A DNA stretch of 27,547 bases from Polyangiaceae bacterium (GCA_035275365.1 DATEMX010000149.1:1-27547), one strand, 5' to 3'; positions 15,669 to 24,556 are shown, counted from the stretch's first letter. Notes: generated by a model from the letters alone, not told the origin. Translations and numbers: made by a program.

Positions 15669-18600
15669 TTCTTGCCCCCGCTCTTGACCTCTGCTGGCGC
15701 TTCGGCGGCAGATCCCCCGCGCCTCGGGGCGCTGATGAGCCCCGGCAGCGAGGCCGGCGCCGAAGAACGAATTTCGAAGCCAATCTCCTTCTGCGGCGGA
15801 TAGAGCTCGCCATTCAACCGGCCGAGTGCCTCGCGCATCTTGCCCGTCCATCCGTTGAAGATGCCGAGTTCGACGGCCTTCTTCCAGCCGTTCTCGTAGG
15901 CCTCGAGGCTCTTTTCTTCGACGGGCACTACGAACGAGTCGATCTGCTGCTGGTAGGCTTCTTTATCGGGGTCTGCGAGGTTCGACGGGGGCGGCGCGTT
16001 GCGCAGCGCCAGGGCGAACGTCTCGTAGGTGTGGCCGATTTGGTAGAGCGCCGCCGTCGACCACTCGGCAACGCCCATGCTCACGCAGTCGAGGAAGATA
16101 TTGGCTGCCTGCCGCAAAAGCTCGGCCTTTTGCTTCAGCCTACCGGCGAGCTTCTTCATGTCGCCCGCGATCTCGATCTGCTCGAACGCCGTGAGGATGC
16201 GTTCTCCCTGCATGTAGCGCGCGTGGGCGGCAGCGTATTTGCCATCGGCGCCGAGCCCGCCCTTTTTTCCAATGCTCACGGCGTCGGCGAGCGCGTCGTC
16301 CGCGTCTTTGGCGTTGTTCGCCTTGAGGAGCACCGTCGCGAGCCGCACGTACGCTTCGACGCGCTTGTCGGCGCTCTTCGTGCCCTTCACGTAGTTGCGG
16401 TACAGATCGGCGGCGTCCTTCCACTTCCTTTCGCGTTCGTGGGCCTTGCCCATCAAGAAGGCGACCTCGTCGGCGTCAGCCCCCGCCGGATATTGCTGGC
16501 GGTACCGCTTCCCGGCGGCGATCGACTTGTCGTAGTCGCCCACCGTCGTGCGCAGGAGCACCGCGTTGAACGCTGCGTCCTTGGCGTGCTCGCTCTTCGG
16601 AAATCGTTCGGCCAAGACCTCGTGGTAGGTCGCGGCGTCGGCGAAGAGGCCCATCCCTTGAAATTGGGTGGCCGCCGTCCACGCGCCCAAGGCAGCCTCC
16701 GGCGCGTCTTTGTGCTCGGTGATGAGCAAGTCGGCCGACGACTTCATGGTGGTGATGTCGCCGGCCTTCTGCGATTCGATCTCGGCGTTCACGCAAGCTT
16801 GGGCGGCGCGCGTGTCTTTGGGAAATTCCTTGGCCGCTCGCAAATAGGCCGCCGCCGCGCCGGCGTGATCGCCGGCCGCCGCCTTTTGCTCGCCCTGTTT
16901 GAAGACCGACTGCACGATGAGCGTGTCGAGCCGCTTTTGTCGATCGGCCGCCTGAAACGACGGCGCCGTCTTGAGCCGCCTCGCCCACACTTCGATGTTG
17001 GAGTAGTCCTTCGATTGGTTGAACGAGTCGAGCGTGAGCTCGCCGGCTCCTGCCGCGAATTTCGAGTTGGGGAATTTTTCGAGCAAAAGCCCCCACTGGC
17101 GGACCGCGGCGTCGTAAACTCGATGGTCGTAGTAGAGCTTGCCCTGTCGAAAGAGAAGCTCGGGGATGTCGGGGTCGTTGGGATAGAGCTGCACGTAGAG
17201 CTCCATCGCCTCCGAGAATTTCTTGTCGACGTCGGATTCGCCGCGGGTCTTGCTCTTCTCGAACTCGGCGTAGCGAAGCCGCTCGAGCGCGGAGATGGCG
17301 TTGTAGAGCGCGTCGTGGGTGAGCGGCCCTTTGGGGTTTCGGCGCGCGGTGGCCATGTAGTGCGCGGCGGCGTCGCCGTTCTTTCCGAGGTGATAAAAAT
17401 AGATCTCACCCAGACCGAACTCGGCCTCGTAGGCGCCTTCCGACTTGCCGAACTTGGAGAGGTACACTTCATATAGCGCCGCGGCGCCTTCGAACTCGGC
17501 GCGGCTCGTCTTGTCGCGCTGCGCTTTGCCGTGCAAGTTGGTGGCGCCTTCGCGGAGCTGCTTTTCGATCTTGGCCGTGGCCGCCGCCGCAACCTCGAGG
17601 TTTCCTTGCGCGCGGGCCCACGCGCCGCCCTCGCCACCCTGCTCGGGCAGCGTGAAGTTCTTGAGGAGCCGCTCGTAGGCGACCTTCAGCTTGGGCCAAT
17701 CCTCGAGCGTGGCATAGCCCTCCGCGATGGCCAGCGCGTAGTCGGGCGCCTCGGGGCTCGCCGGATCGAGCTTCAACATGAGCTCGTAGGCCTCGATGCC
17801 GCGCTCGTATTGCGCCTGCTCGTAGAAGGCCGCCGCCAGGGCCTTCACGATCTTGCCGGCGAACTTGTCGCCGCCTGCCTTCACGAGGAACTTGTAGACG
17901 TCGTCGGCGCTGTTCTTCTCGTCTTCGGTGAAGACTTCGACCAGATATTTGAGGGCTTCGGCCTGCAGCTCGTCGAGTTGCTTGCGTTTCTGCGCGGAGA
18001 CCTGCTGCCCTTCGTCGGTGACTTGAAAGACGAGCAGGAAGCGCTTGGCCGCCTCGTCGGTGCGGCCGAGGCGCCATTGGCACCAAGCGCTCTTGAAGAG
18101 CGCGAGGCCATACAAATCCGAGTTCGGATACTGCATGACCTTCTCGTATTCGACGAGAGCACCGGCGTAGTCGTATTTGCCGTTGAAGGCGGCCTCGGCT
18201 CGGGCCATGTGCGCGTCGGGAACGAAGCGGCTCTTCGGGTACTCGGCGAGGATGCGATTGAAGCGATCGAGCGCCTCTTCTTGCTTGCCTTGCTCGGTGG
18301 CCAAGAAGCCGTCGACGTAAAGCGCGAGGTCGTATTGCTCGAACCACTTGTAGTCTTTGAGCACACGCGCAAAGAGCACGCGCGCACGATCGAAGTTGGG
18401 ATCGGGCACAGAACCGCGCTGATCGGCGGGCTTCTTCTCCCACTCTCGAAAGCGAGCGACGAACTGCTCGCGCTCCGTTTCCCAGTAGAGCTCGCCGAGC
18501 CGCATCAGGGCCTCCGGCATTTCGCGCGCGTCTTTCGACTCTTCTTTGACGAAGATCTCGAGCAGCCCCACCGCCTCGGCGCGCAGCGATTTCTGGGCCA

Positions 18601-18922
18601 CGATGTCACGCTCGATGCGCCGCGCGATCTGCACCTCGAGCGCCTTGCGCAAGTGCTCGGGGATGCGCGGACCGAGGGCTTTGGTTCCGCTCTTTTTGGT
18701 CGCGTCGGTCGGCTTGGGCTGGGCGCCGCGACCGACGGCGCCACCGGCGACGGCTCGCTCCCCAGCGGGCTTCACGCTCGACTTCTCCGAGGCCATCGCC
18801 GGCGCGTCGGCCGAAGTCACGGGAGCGGCCGGCACTCTCTTGTCGGCCGACCAAGCGGGAGCGACGCCGAAGCAAAGCGCGAACGCAGACGGTACCCAGA
18901 GCGACCGGACGACGCGCCGCAT
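15665..18922 (-). CDS. Large secreted TPR protein, GltD/AgmU/NfsD-like
   Basis: 1085 aa with signal peptide; repeated (Y/F)Pxs-flanked TPRs. C-terminus AEWSTAALYQIG...APPP...EEKSLEAYENGWKKAVELGIFNGWT...LNGELYP resembles the GltD/AgmU C-terminal pattern as I recall it. Confidence 0.88.
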   Translation of the reverse strand: MRRVVRSLWVPSAFALCFGVAPAWSADKRVPAAPVTSADAPAMASEKSSVKPAGERAVAGGAVGRGAQPKPTDATKKSGTKALGPRIPEHLRKALEVQIARRIERDIVAQKSLRAEAVGLLEIFVKEESKDAREMPEALMRLGELYWETEREQFVARFREWEKKPADQRGSVPDPNFDRARVLFARVLKDYKWFEQYDLALYVDGFLATEQGKQEEALDRFNRILAEYPKSRFVPDAHMARAEAAFNGKYDYAGALVEYEKVMQYPNSDLYGLALFKSAWCQWRLGRTDEAAKRFLLVFQVTDEGQQVSAQKRKQLDELQAEALKYLVEVFTEDEKNSADDVYKFLVKAGGDKFAGKIVKALAAAFYEQAQYERGIEAYELMLKLDPASPEAPDYALAIAEGYATLEDWPKLKVAYERLLKNFTLPEQGGEGGAWARAQGNLEVAAAATAKIEKQLREGATNLHGKAQRDKTSRAEFEGAAALYEVYLSKFGKSEGAYEAEFGLGEIYFYHLGKNGDAAAHYMATARRNPKGPLTHDALYNAISALERLRYAEFEKSKTRGESDVDKKFSEAMELYVQLYPNDPDIPELLFRQGKLYYDHRVYDAAVRQWGLLLEKFPNSKFAAGAGELTLDSFNQSKDYSNIEVWARRLKTAPSFQAADRQKRLDTLIVQSVFKQGEQKAAAGDHAGAAAAYLRAAKEFPKDTRAAQACVNAEIESQKAGDITTMKSSADLLITEHKDAPEAALGAWTAATQFQGMGLFADAATYHEVLAERFPKSEHAKDAAFNAVLLRTTVGDYDKSIAAGKRYRQQYPAGADADEVAFLMGKAHERERKWKDAADLYRNYVKGTKSADKRVEAYVRLATVLLKANNAKDADDALADAVSIGKKGGLGADGKYAAAHARYMQGERILTAFEQIEIAGDMKKLAGRLKQKAELLRQAANIFLDCVSMGVAEWSTAALYQIGHTYETFALALRNAPPPSNLADPDKEAYQQQIDSFVVPVEEKSLEAYENGWKKAVELGIFNGWTGKMREALGRLNGELYPPQKEIGFEIRSSAPASLPGLISAPRRGGSAAEAPAEVKSGGKK

Positions 18923-20955
18923 CAGCGTAGTCCCTCGCCGCCCACGTATTCATCGGGCCAATCGTCGCCCTCGAAAGGCCAGTATTCTTCGCTGTCTTTC
19001 AGGTAGCGCGGCGCTTCGAGCGAATCGAGCGCCGCTTGCGGGAGAACACCGCTCGCGAGCGCTTCGACCTCGACCTCGAGGGCGCGCTTGCGACCGAGAA
19101 CCGATTCGATGCGCCCGAGCCGCGCGCGCCGGAGGAGCCTCGACAACCGGAGACGCAAACGGTTCACGGCGTCCTTGGCGAGTGCCGTTCGCGCTTCGAC
19201 CAGCTTGCCCCGCGCAGCTTGCGCTGCGCCGTAGAGATCCGTGGCCGCTGATCGATCCGAACGCAAGAGGCCTGGCAAATCGGCGCCGCCCGCGCCGCCG
19301 CTTCCGGCGCCCGGCCCCGCCTCTCGCGCGGCTTTGAGCGCCGTCTCGATTTGGTCGAGCTTCTCGCGCAGCGCGGTGATCTCACCTTGGGCCGCGCGCC
19401 CCTGCTCGAGCGCTTCGATCTGCCGCCGCACACCGTCGGCCTCGGCGCGCGCGCGCCCTACCGACTCGGCGACGCCTTCGGGGCCGAGCAAGTCGGACCC
19501 CGCCCGTACGCCGCCCGTCGTGGCGAGCACGCGCGTCATGTCGTCGAGCTGCCCCATCGAGCCGCGCAGCCCCGACGTCTGCTGATCGAGCTGCTCGATG
19601 CGCTTTTGCACCATGCCATAGCCTTGGTCGATGCGAACGAGCGCGGCGATGGTGCGCGCCACGTCGGGCGAGATGCCGTTCGCCTCGGCAGCCGCGTCGG
19701 AGCCCGCCTGCGAGGCTTCGAGGAGTCGCGCGAGGCCTCGCTCGTCGGTCGCCAACTTCTTCGCGGTGTCGCGCACGGGCTCGTACTTGGCTATGAAGCC
19801 CTTCAGCGCCGCGTCGGCCTCTTCGAAGTGGCACCGCGCCAGATCGATGTAGGCGCTCAAGATCCAAGCCTCGTCCTCGTACCGGTGGTGCACGCCGAGG
19901 GCCTTCGATTCGTCGAGCAGCTCGCGCGCGCTTTCGTAGTCCTTCTTCTCGTAGCGGCTCGTGGCCGATTCGTAGAGCGCCTCGGCCAAGCGCTCGGAGT
20001 CTTGCGGAACGAGGTAATAATAATAGCGCGCGTCGTCGAAGCGGAATTGTTCGTGCGCCACGCGGCCGAGCGCGAGGCGCGCCAGGTCGCGGACGGCGAA
20101 GAACTTCTCGTCAGCGAAGAACGGCGCCGTCTTGTCGGAGCGCGCGGGATCGGCGACCTTACAAAAGAGGTTCTCGCCCTCTTTCCAGTGCCCTCGCTCG
20201 ACCTCGATGAGCCCCGAAAGATACACCGCTTGCGCCCAAAACCGCGACTTCTCGCTGACCTCTGCGTAGAACTTGAAGGCGCCGTCGGGATCGCCGGCGA
20301 GCTGTCGAGCGCGACCGCTCAGGTAGGCGATCTCTCCTTTGGTCTCCTCGGGTTGTAAAGCCGGTACCGCCTTCAGATCCTCAAGGATGGGGGGAATGCT
20401 CTCGGTGTCGAGAGCGATCTCCGAGAGTCGCCTTACGGCGCGCCGCGCGTAGGTGTCGGCAGGAGAGAGACCCAAAAGGCGCTTCAAATATCCGCGACCG
20501 GGCTCGTGCGCACCGGCTGACGCGAGCGCATCACCGAGCGCGTAGATGGCCGCGTGCCCTTCGTCGCCGTCGGCGTAGTCGGCAAACCGCGGGCTCTCGA
20601 CCAGCCGGGTCAAGAGGGCTATCTCTTCGTCGCGCCTGCCGGCGCCGGCCAACTCTTGTGCTTCGAGCAGGCGCTCGCGGATGGTCGCCGGCGTGAGGGC
20701 GACGGCGCTGTCGAGCTTTCGCTCCGCAAGCGCGCGGCCATAAGCGGCCATCGCGGCCGAGCGCGTATCGGGCTGGGCCTTCGAAGGGGCAGCGGGCGGT
20801 GCGGCCGGAGCGGAGGGCTGAGGCCCTGCCGCCGCGGGCGCGAGCGCTTTGGGCTTCGTTCCCTGCCCGAGCGCTGGAGCCGACAGCGCCAACGACGAAA
20901 GCACGACGCACGCGAATCGCGATCCCGGCAGAACCCTGCGCAGACGCACCGTCAC
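18922..20955 (-). CDS. Secreted TPR + coiled-coil protein, GltC/NfsC-like
   Basis: GTG start, signal peptide, TPR region (RDLARLALGRVAHE, EALYESA), long coiled coil, acidic-aromatic terminus EEYWPFEGDDWPDEY resembling the GltC-type YWPFxGExWxDE tail. Stop overlaps the next ATG (TGATG). Confidence 0.85.
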   Translation of the reverse strand: MTVRLRRVLPGSRFACVVLSSLALSAPALGQGTKPKALAPAAAGPQPSAPAAPPAAPSKAQPDTRSAAMAAYGRALAERKLDSAVALTPATIRERLLEAQELAGAGRRDEEIALLTRLVESPRFADYADGDEGHAAIYALGDALASAGAHEPGRGYLKRLLGLSPADTYARRAVRRLSEIALDTESIPPILEDLKAVPALQPEETKGEIAYLSGRARQLAGDPDGAFKFYAEVSEKSRFWAQAVYLSGLIEVERGHWKEGENLFCKVADPARSDKTAPFFADEKFFAVRDLARLALGRVAHEQFRFDDARYYYYLVPQDSERLAEALYESATSRYEKKDYESARELLDESKALGVHHRYEDEAWILSAYIDLARCHFEEADAALKGFIAKYEPVRDTAKKLATDERGLARLLEASQAGSDAAAEANGISPDVARTIAALVRIDQGYGMVQKRIEQLDQQTSGLRGSMGQLDDMTRVLATTGGVRAGSDLLGPEGVAESVGRARAEADGVRRQIEALEQGRAAQGEITALREKLDQIETALKAAREAGPGAGSGGAGGADLPGLLRSDRSAATDLYGAAQAARGKLVEARTALAKDAVNRLRLRLSRLLRRARLGRIESVLGRKRALEVEVEALASGVLPQAALDSLEAPRYLKDSEEYWPFEGDDWPDEYVGGEGLR

Positions 20956-21731
20956 TTGCTCGCCCGGGCGCGCACGCGCACGCGCAAGTCGTAGCTGCCT
21001 CGTTGGCCCGACGGGAAGTCGGACATGTCGGAGTCGTCGGAGATGCGAACGATGGTCTCGAGCTTTTGGTTTTCAGGCACCTCGAGGGTGACCCGCGAGT
21101 TTTGGCCGGTGCGGAACGTTTCGCCGCGATCATCGCGTCGATCGACGTCGACGCCGAGGACGTGACGCCCCGGAGCGACCGCGTGATCGTAGACGACGAG
21201 CTCGTCGTCGGCCGAAAAGCTGCCCGGCGCCGTGTACACGATGCCTTCGTCGAGGCTGAGCGCCAGCTTGCCGATCTTCGCGTGATCGCCTCGCGTCTCG
21301 ATCTTGACCACGATGCGACTCTTGAAGAGCGTGTCGCCGATCGCCGCGACGCGCGCGCGCAGCGTGGCGATGTCGCCGAGAATCTTGTCGAGCTCGGCGG
21401 GCGTAGAAACGGCGCCGCCGTCGGGAAACTCGTCGGCGCGCGGATTCAAGGGCGAGCTGCGAACACCGGCGTCGCCGTACGTCTTCGCCGATTCAGGCGG
21501 CAGAAGGGCGGCGCTACCTGCTGGAACGGGCGCCTCGGCCGCGGGTGCTTCTTCTTCGGCAGCCTTCGGCTTCTCTTCGGGCGCCTCGGGCTTGGCCTCT
21601 CTGGTAGAGGAAGCGGCGGCCGGCGTCTTGGGCTTGGGCTTGCCCCGTACGACCTTCTTTCCCTGCGCAAGCACCAGGGTCGTCACCGCGAGAGATGCCA
21701 CTAGCAGCCTGAAAGCGAGAGGGCGACGCAT
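20952..21731 (-). CDS. Hypothetical secreted protein (Pro/Ala/Glu-rich linker, short coiled coil, beta-rich C-terminal domain)
   Basis: Signal-like MRRPLAFRLLVASLAVTTLVLA; low-complexity linker; ELDKILGDIATLRARVAAIG helix; beta-strand-rich end. Stop overlaps the downstream GTG (GTGA). Confidence 0.8.
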   Translation of the reverse strand: MRRPLAFRLLVASLAVTTLVLAQGKKVVRGKPKPKTPAAASSTREAKPEAPEEKPKAAEEEAPAAEAPVPAGSAALLPPESAKTYGDAGVRSSPLNPRADEFPDGGAVSTPAELDKILGDIATLRARVAAIGDTLFKSRIVVKIETRGDHAKIGKLALSLDEGIVYTAPGSFSADDELVVYDHAVAPGRHVLGVDVDRRDDRGETFRTGQNSRVTLEVPENQKLETIVRISDDSDMSDFPSGQRGSYDLRVRVRARASK

Positions 21732-22178
21732 CGACCCGCGATGCTACCACTCGTAAGGACAAAAGCGGACGCCGAGAAGATGGCAGGGGTAGGCCGAGGT
21801 GTGACATCGCGCCTCCCTCCGACCTCGCATGGTGCTCGAGGCAGCTCGGTGCAGATAGCCGAGTGGCTGACGGCGGACGACGTCAACCGCAAAGTGAGCC
21901 GCCACGCCTGGCCAGCCTCGCTCCGCTGATGCGGGAATTCTGCTGTTCGATCAGGTTGAGTGGTCTTAATGGCCACTCCTCCCCTTCGGGGGTTCCCAGA
22001 GTTTCGATGATCGATCTGATAGCGATAAATCTGAGGCAATAGACACCATGCGCCTTCGGCACACCTCCCGTGCATGAAAAATCCGACTACCTACCATGTC
22101 TATTTTCATGGTGGTGCTAGTCGCAACGGCTAGCGTGCTGCAGTGAGAATCAGCGACGTGCTGACTAGGCTCGGGTTT

Positions 22179-22192
22179 GGGCAAGCTTGCCC
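22179..22192. other. 14-bp perfect palindrome
   Basis: gggcaagcttgccc is its own reverse complement; lies in the long divergent intergenic region. Confidence 0.35.
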
Positions 22193-22323
22193 TTATCGAA
22201 TGGTCACGTCGTCAACGATGCCCGCACGAAGGCGTCGGGGGGTGACGTAGGGTCTTCCGATCTTCGACAATCAACGGCTCACGACTGCAAAAGTCTGCTG
22301 CCTCGTCCTCGTCGCGCGGCGAC

Positions 22324-22379
22324 TTGACGCTAATTTGACTCAAAATTTCGTTGACGGTCTCCGGTAGTGCCCGCAAACT
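22324..22379 (+). promoter_or_regulatory. Candidate promoter with upstream direct repeats for the 22484 operon
   Basis: TTGAC at 22324, 22335 (11-bp period) and 22351; TTGACG (22351-22356), 17 nt, CAAACT (22374-22379) is a weak sigma70-like pair. Confidence 0.3.
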
Positions 22380-22483
22380 CGACTAACGCTAGCGGGATCT
22401 CACCGATCCGTGTTGCACAAGATCGGGACGGATCTGCAGCGTGCGCAGTTAGCAATGATCCATTTGTAAAGGAGAGTACCAAT

Positions 22484-22954
22484 ATGAAGTCCAAGCCCTT
22501 GAAGGCAGCTGGTCTGATGATGGTCGGCGGCGTGGCCCTGATGTCCCACGTGCGCGGAGCAGATGCGAAGATCTCGACGTCGGGTACGGTCTGTAATCCG
22601 TTCAACGCCGGTGAAGCCAACGATACCGACTATGTGCCGAGCGGCGTGCGAAACAAAGCTACGTCGAGTCGCCAGGTGATTTGCGCGGTTCCTCGTCACG
22701 ACTTGAGTGGTGCGGCATCGGTCACCGTGTCAGGCACCAACACCGGTGCGAACACTACGTCCATCACGCTTTATTCATACGACTCCCTCGGCAACCTGAA
22801 GGCTTCGATCAGCAACACCGGCGGTCCCGGTCTCTACCTCTTCGGCATCAACCTGACGGCGGTGCAGGCTCCGTCCGACGCTCGTCTAGCGCTCCTCGTG
22901 ACGTTACCGGCCTCGTTCGGCGGCACGTTCTTCGGCACAAGATCAGACCAATAA
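22484..22954 (+). CDS. Hypothetical secreted protein, 156 aa, two Cys
   Basis: Strong RBS aaggag (22469-22474) before ATG 22484; signal-like MKSKPLKAAGLMMVGGVALMSHVRGADA; mature part Ser/Thr/Gly-rich and beta-strand-like with Cys in GTVC and QVICA. Confidence 0.8.
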   Translation: MKSKPLKAAGLMMVGGVALMSHVRGADAKISTSGTVCNPFNAGEANDTDYVPSGVRNKATSSRQVICAVPRHDLSGAASVTVSGTNTGANTTSITLYSYDSLGNLKASISNTGGPGLYLFGINLTAVQAPSDARLALLVTLPASFGGTFFGTRSDQ

Positions 22955-22968
22955 GAGTTTCGTCTCTA

Positions 22969-22999
22969 GGCGCGGGGAAGTCCTCGCACTCCCCGCGCC
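22969..22999. other. Intercistronic GC-rich stem-loop
   Basis: ggcgcgggga / tccccgcgcc 10-bp perfect stem, 11-nt loop, 14 nt after the stop; no U-tract follows. Confidence 0.55.
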
Positions 23000-23043
23000 G
23001 CATACGCCCTCGATGGGTGAGGCAGATCACAACGGAGGATCGA

Positions 23044-23661
23044 ATGAGATACCTCGTCTTCGGCGCGCTCACTGTCGCCGCCCTGTCAGCAACCTGGTTC
23101 GCCTATCCCCTCCTCACGCACAGCGATCATCGCCATCCGACTGCTGTGGCGCAGCCCGACGTGGACCGGCGCTCAGAAGTCAGCGCGTCGGAAGTAGCGC
23201 GATTGCGGGACGACGTCGCTCGACTTGGTGCGCAACTATCGGACCTTCGTGGTCAGGCGACCATAGCAAGGATAGAGACAGCTTCTACCGAGCCTGGAGC
23301 CGCTGCTCAGGCCCAAACGGTTGAAGACGAGCGTCAACAACGGAAACAATACGTCGCCTCGCTCGAAGCATCGTTTGATCACGAGCCACGCGACGTGACT
23401 TGGTCCAATTCGGTGATGACCGAGATCCACGACGCGCTCAGCAGTGAGGTCATTGGTTTGGCGGCGAAGGACTTCGAGTGCCGATCGCTTACGTGCCGCA
23501 TCGTGCTGCCCGCCGATGAACGTATGGCGAAGGGGCTTCCCATGCTCGTTCATCTACTGGGCAAATCGTTGCCGAACACCATCATCGATCAACTGGACGA
23601 CAACAAGGGAGGCACCACCACGGTCGTCTACCTCTTTCGCGGCGACCCGCCCGTGTTGTGA
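23044..23661 (+). CDS. Hypothetical membrane-anchored protein with coiled coil and CxxxxC domain
   Basis: RBS ggagg (23034-23038) before ATG 23044; N-terminal hydrophobic anchor; coiled coil EVARLRDDVARLGAQLSDL; EPRDVTWS ... FECRSLTCRIV domain; 205 aa. Confidence 0.78.
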   Translation: MRYLVFGALTVAALSATWFAYPLLTHSDHRHPTAVAQPDVDRRSEVSASEVARLRDDVARLGAQLSDLRGQATIARIETASTEPGAAAQAQTVEDERQQRKQYVASLEASFDHEPRDVTWSNSVMTEIHDALSSEVIGLAAKDFECRSLTCRIVLPADERMAKGLPMLVHLLGKSLPNTIIDQLDDNKGGTTTVVYLFRGDPPVL

Positions 23662-23716
23662 TGGCGAAGGGGCGCCGATCGTGTCTTGCGCTTTTCCACG
23701 GAGGTTGCCCGTTCGC

Positions 23717-24556
23717 GTGGTGAATGCCAAACACCGCCGCGTCGCCGTGCCCCAAGAGGGAAACGGCAGCCGAACTGCCGGCGCAATCCATGTCCTCGTT
23801 CCAGACCAACCAAGTCAAGGCCGATTCGTCGGGAGCTCCGCGGCGATCTTCGTTCTTCAGTCGGGACAGTGTATCTGGATTCAGGGCAACGACGAGCGCT
23901 CGGTATGCGATCTGGCGACGAAGCTTCCCAGCTCGTGGAACCGGTGGCGTCGAATCGGCTCGCTATCGGAGCTCGATGACGCGCTGAGAAGAGAGGGACG
24001 GCTGCGCAGTCCCGATCTGCTGATCGTTGCCGACCGAGCAGCCTCCACACCATTCATCCAATCGATACACCACGCCTACGGCTCGATCCCAGTTCTCTTC
24101 GTCGCGAAAGGGCAGGACCCGTCGTTGGAAGTCGAGGCGCTTCACGCTGGAGCCGATGCCTTTTGCGCGTTGCCCGTGAGCGCGGCGCTGTTCGAGGCGC
24201 GCGTCGTCGCACTTTTGAGGCGAGTATCGGGCACGTTTGCCACGACGGAATCCAGCACGGTCGACTTCGATCCCAGTCAGCGTATCTTACGGGTGGGGGA
24301 CACCGTCATCGAGCTGTCATTCGTGGAATGCGCCATTGCCGCGAAGCTCTACGCATCGCTCGGCGTTTGGGTTCCGACGCGAGAGCTCTGGTCCGTCCTC
24401 GCCAAGAACGAACCGCAGCACGGCGCGTCGCTGCTTCGCACGCACATCTGCAACATGCGCAAGAAATTAGGTGCAAAGCGTTGGGCACTGCGCACCGAGC
24501 GCGGTCGAGGAATCATGCTGACCCATTTGCGACTGAGTGACTTTGCTGCCAGCTAA
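23717..24556 (+). CDS. OmpR-like winged-helix transcription factor with degenerate receiver domain
   Basis: C-terminus ELSFVEC...LLRTHICNMRKKLG...LRTERGRGIML matches Trans_reg_C; receiver remnants ALHAGADAF and FEARVVALLRR. Start uncertain (GTG 23717 chosen; other in-frame starts nearby). Confidence 0.78.
   Translation: MVNAKHRRVAVPQEGNGSRTAGAIHVLVPDQPSQGRFVGSSAAIFVLQSGQCIWIQGNDERSVCDLATKLPSSWNRWRRIGSLSELDDALRREGRLRSPDLLIVADRAASTPFIQSIHHAYGSIPVLFVAKGQDPSLEVEALHAGADAFCALPVSAALFEARVVALLRRVSGTFATTESSTVDFDPSQRILRVGDTVIELSFVECAIAAKLYASLGVWVPTRELWSVLAKNEPQHGASLLRTHICNMRKKLGAKRWALRTERGRGIMLTHLRLSDFAAS

Noticed and set aside
14143-15813. 556-aa ORF as a single HIT fusion protein
   Set aside because: The N-terminal 415 aa are an Arg-rich off-frame read of the TPR lipoprotein gene; the HIT gene has its own coupled ATG at 14568.
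126-21704. Numerous long antisense or off-frame ORFs (for example 126..1268, 9458..11110, 16031..17476, 17531..19006)
   Set aside because: Shadow ORFs expected from high-GC codon bias; they overlap well-supported genes and show no recognisable motifs.
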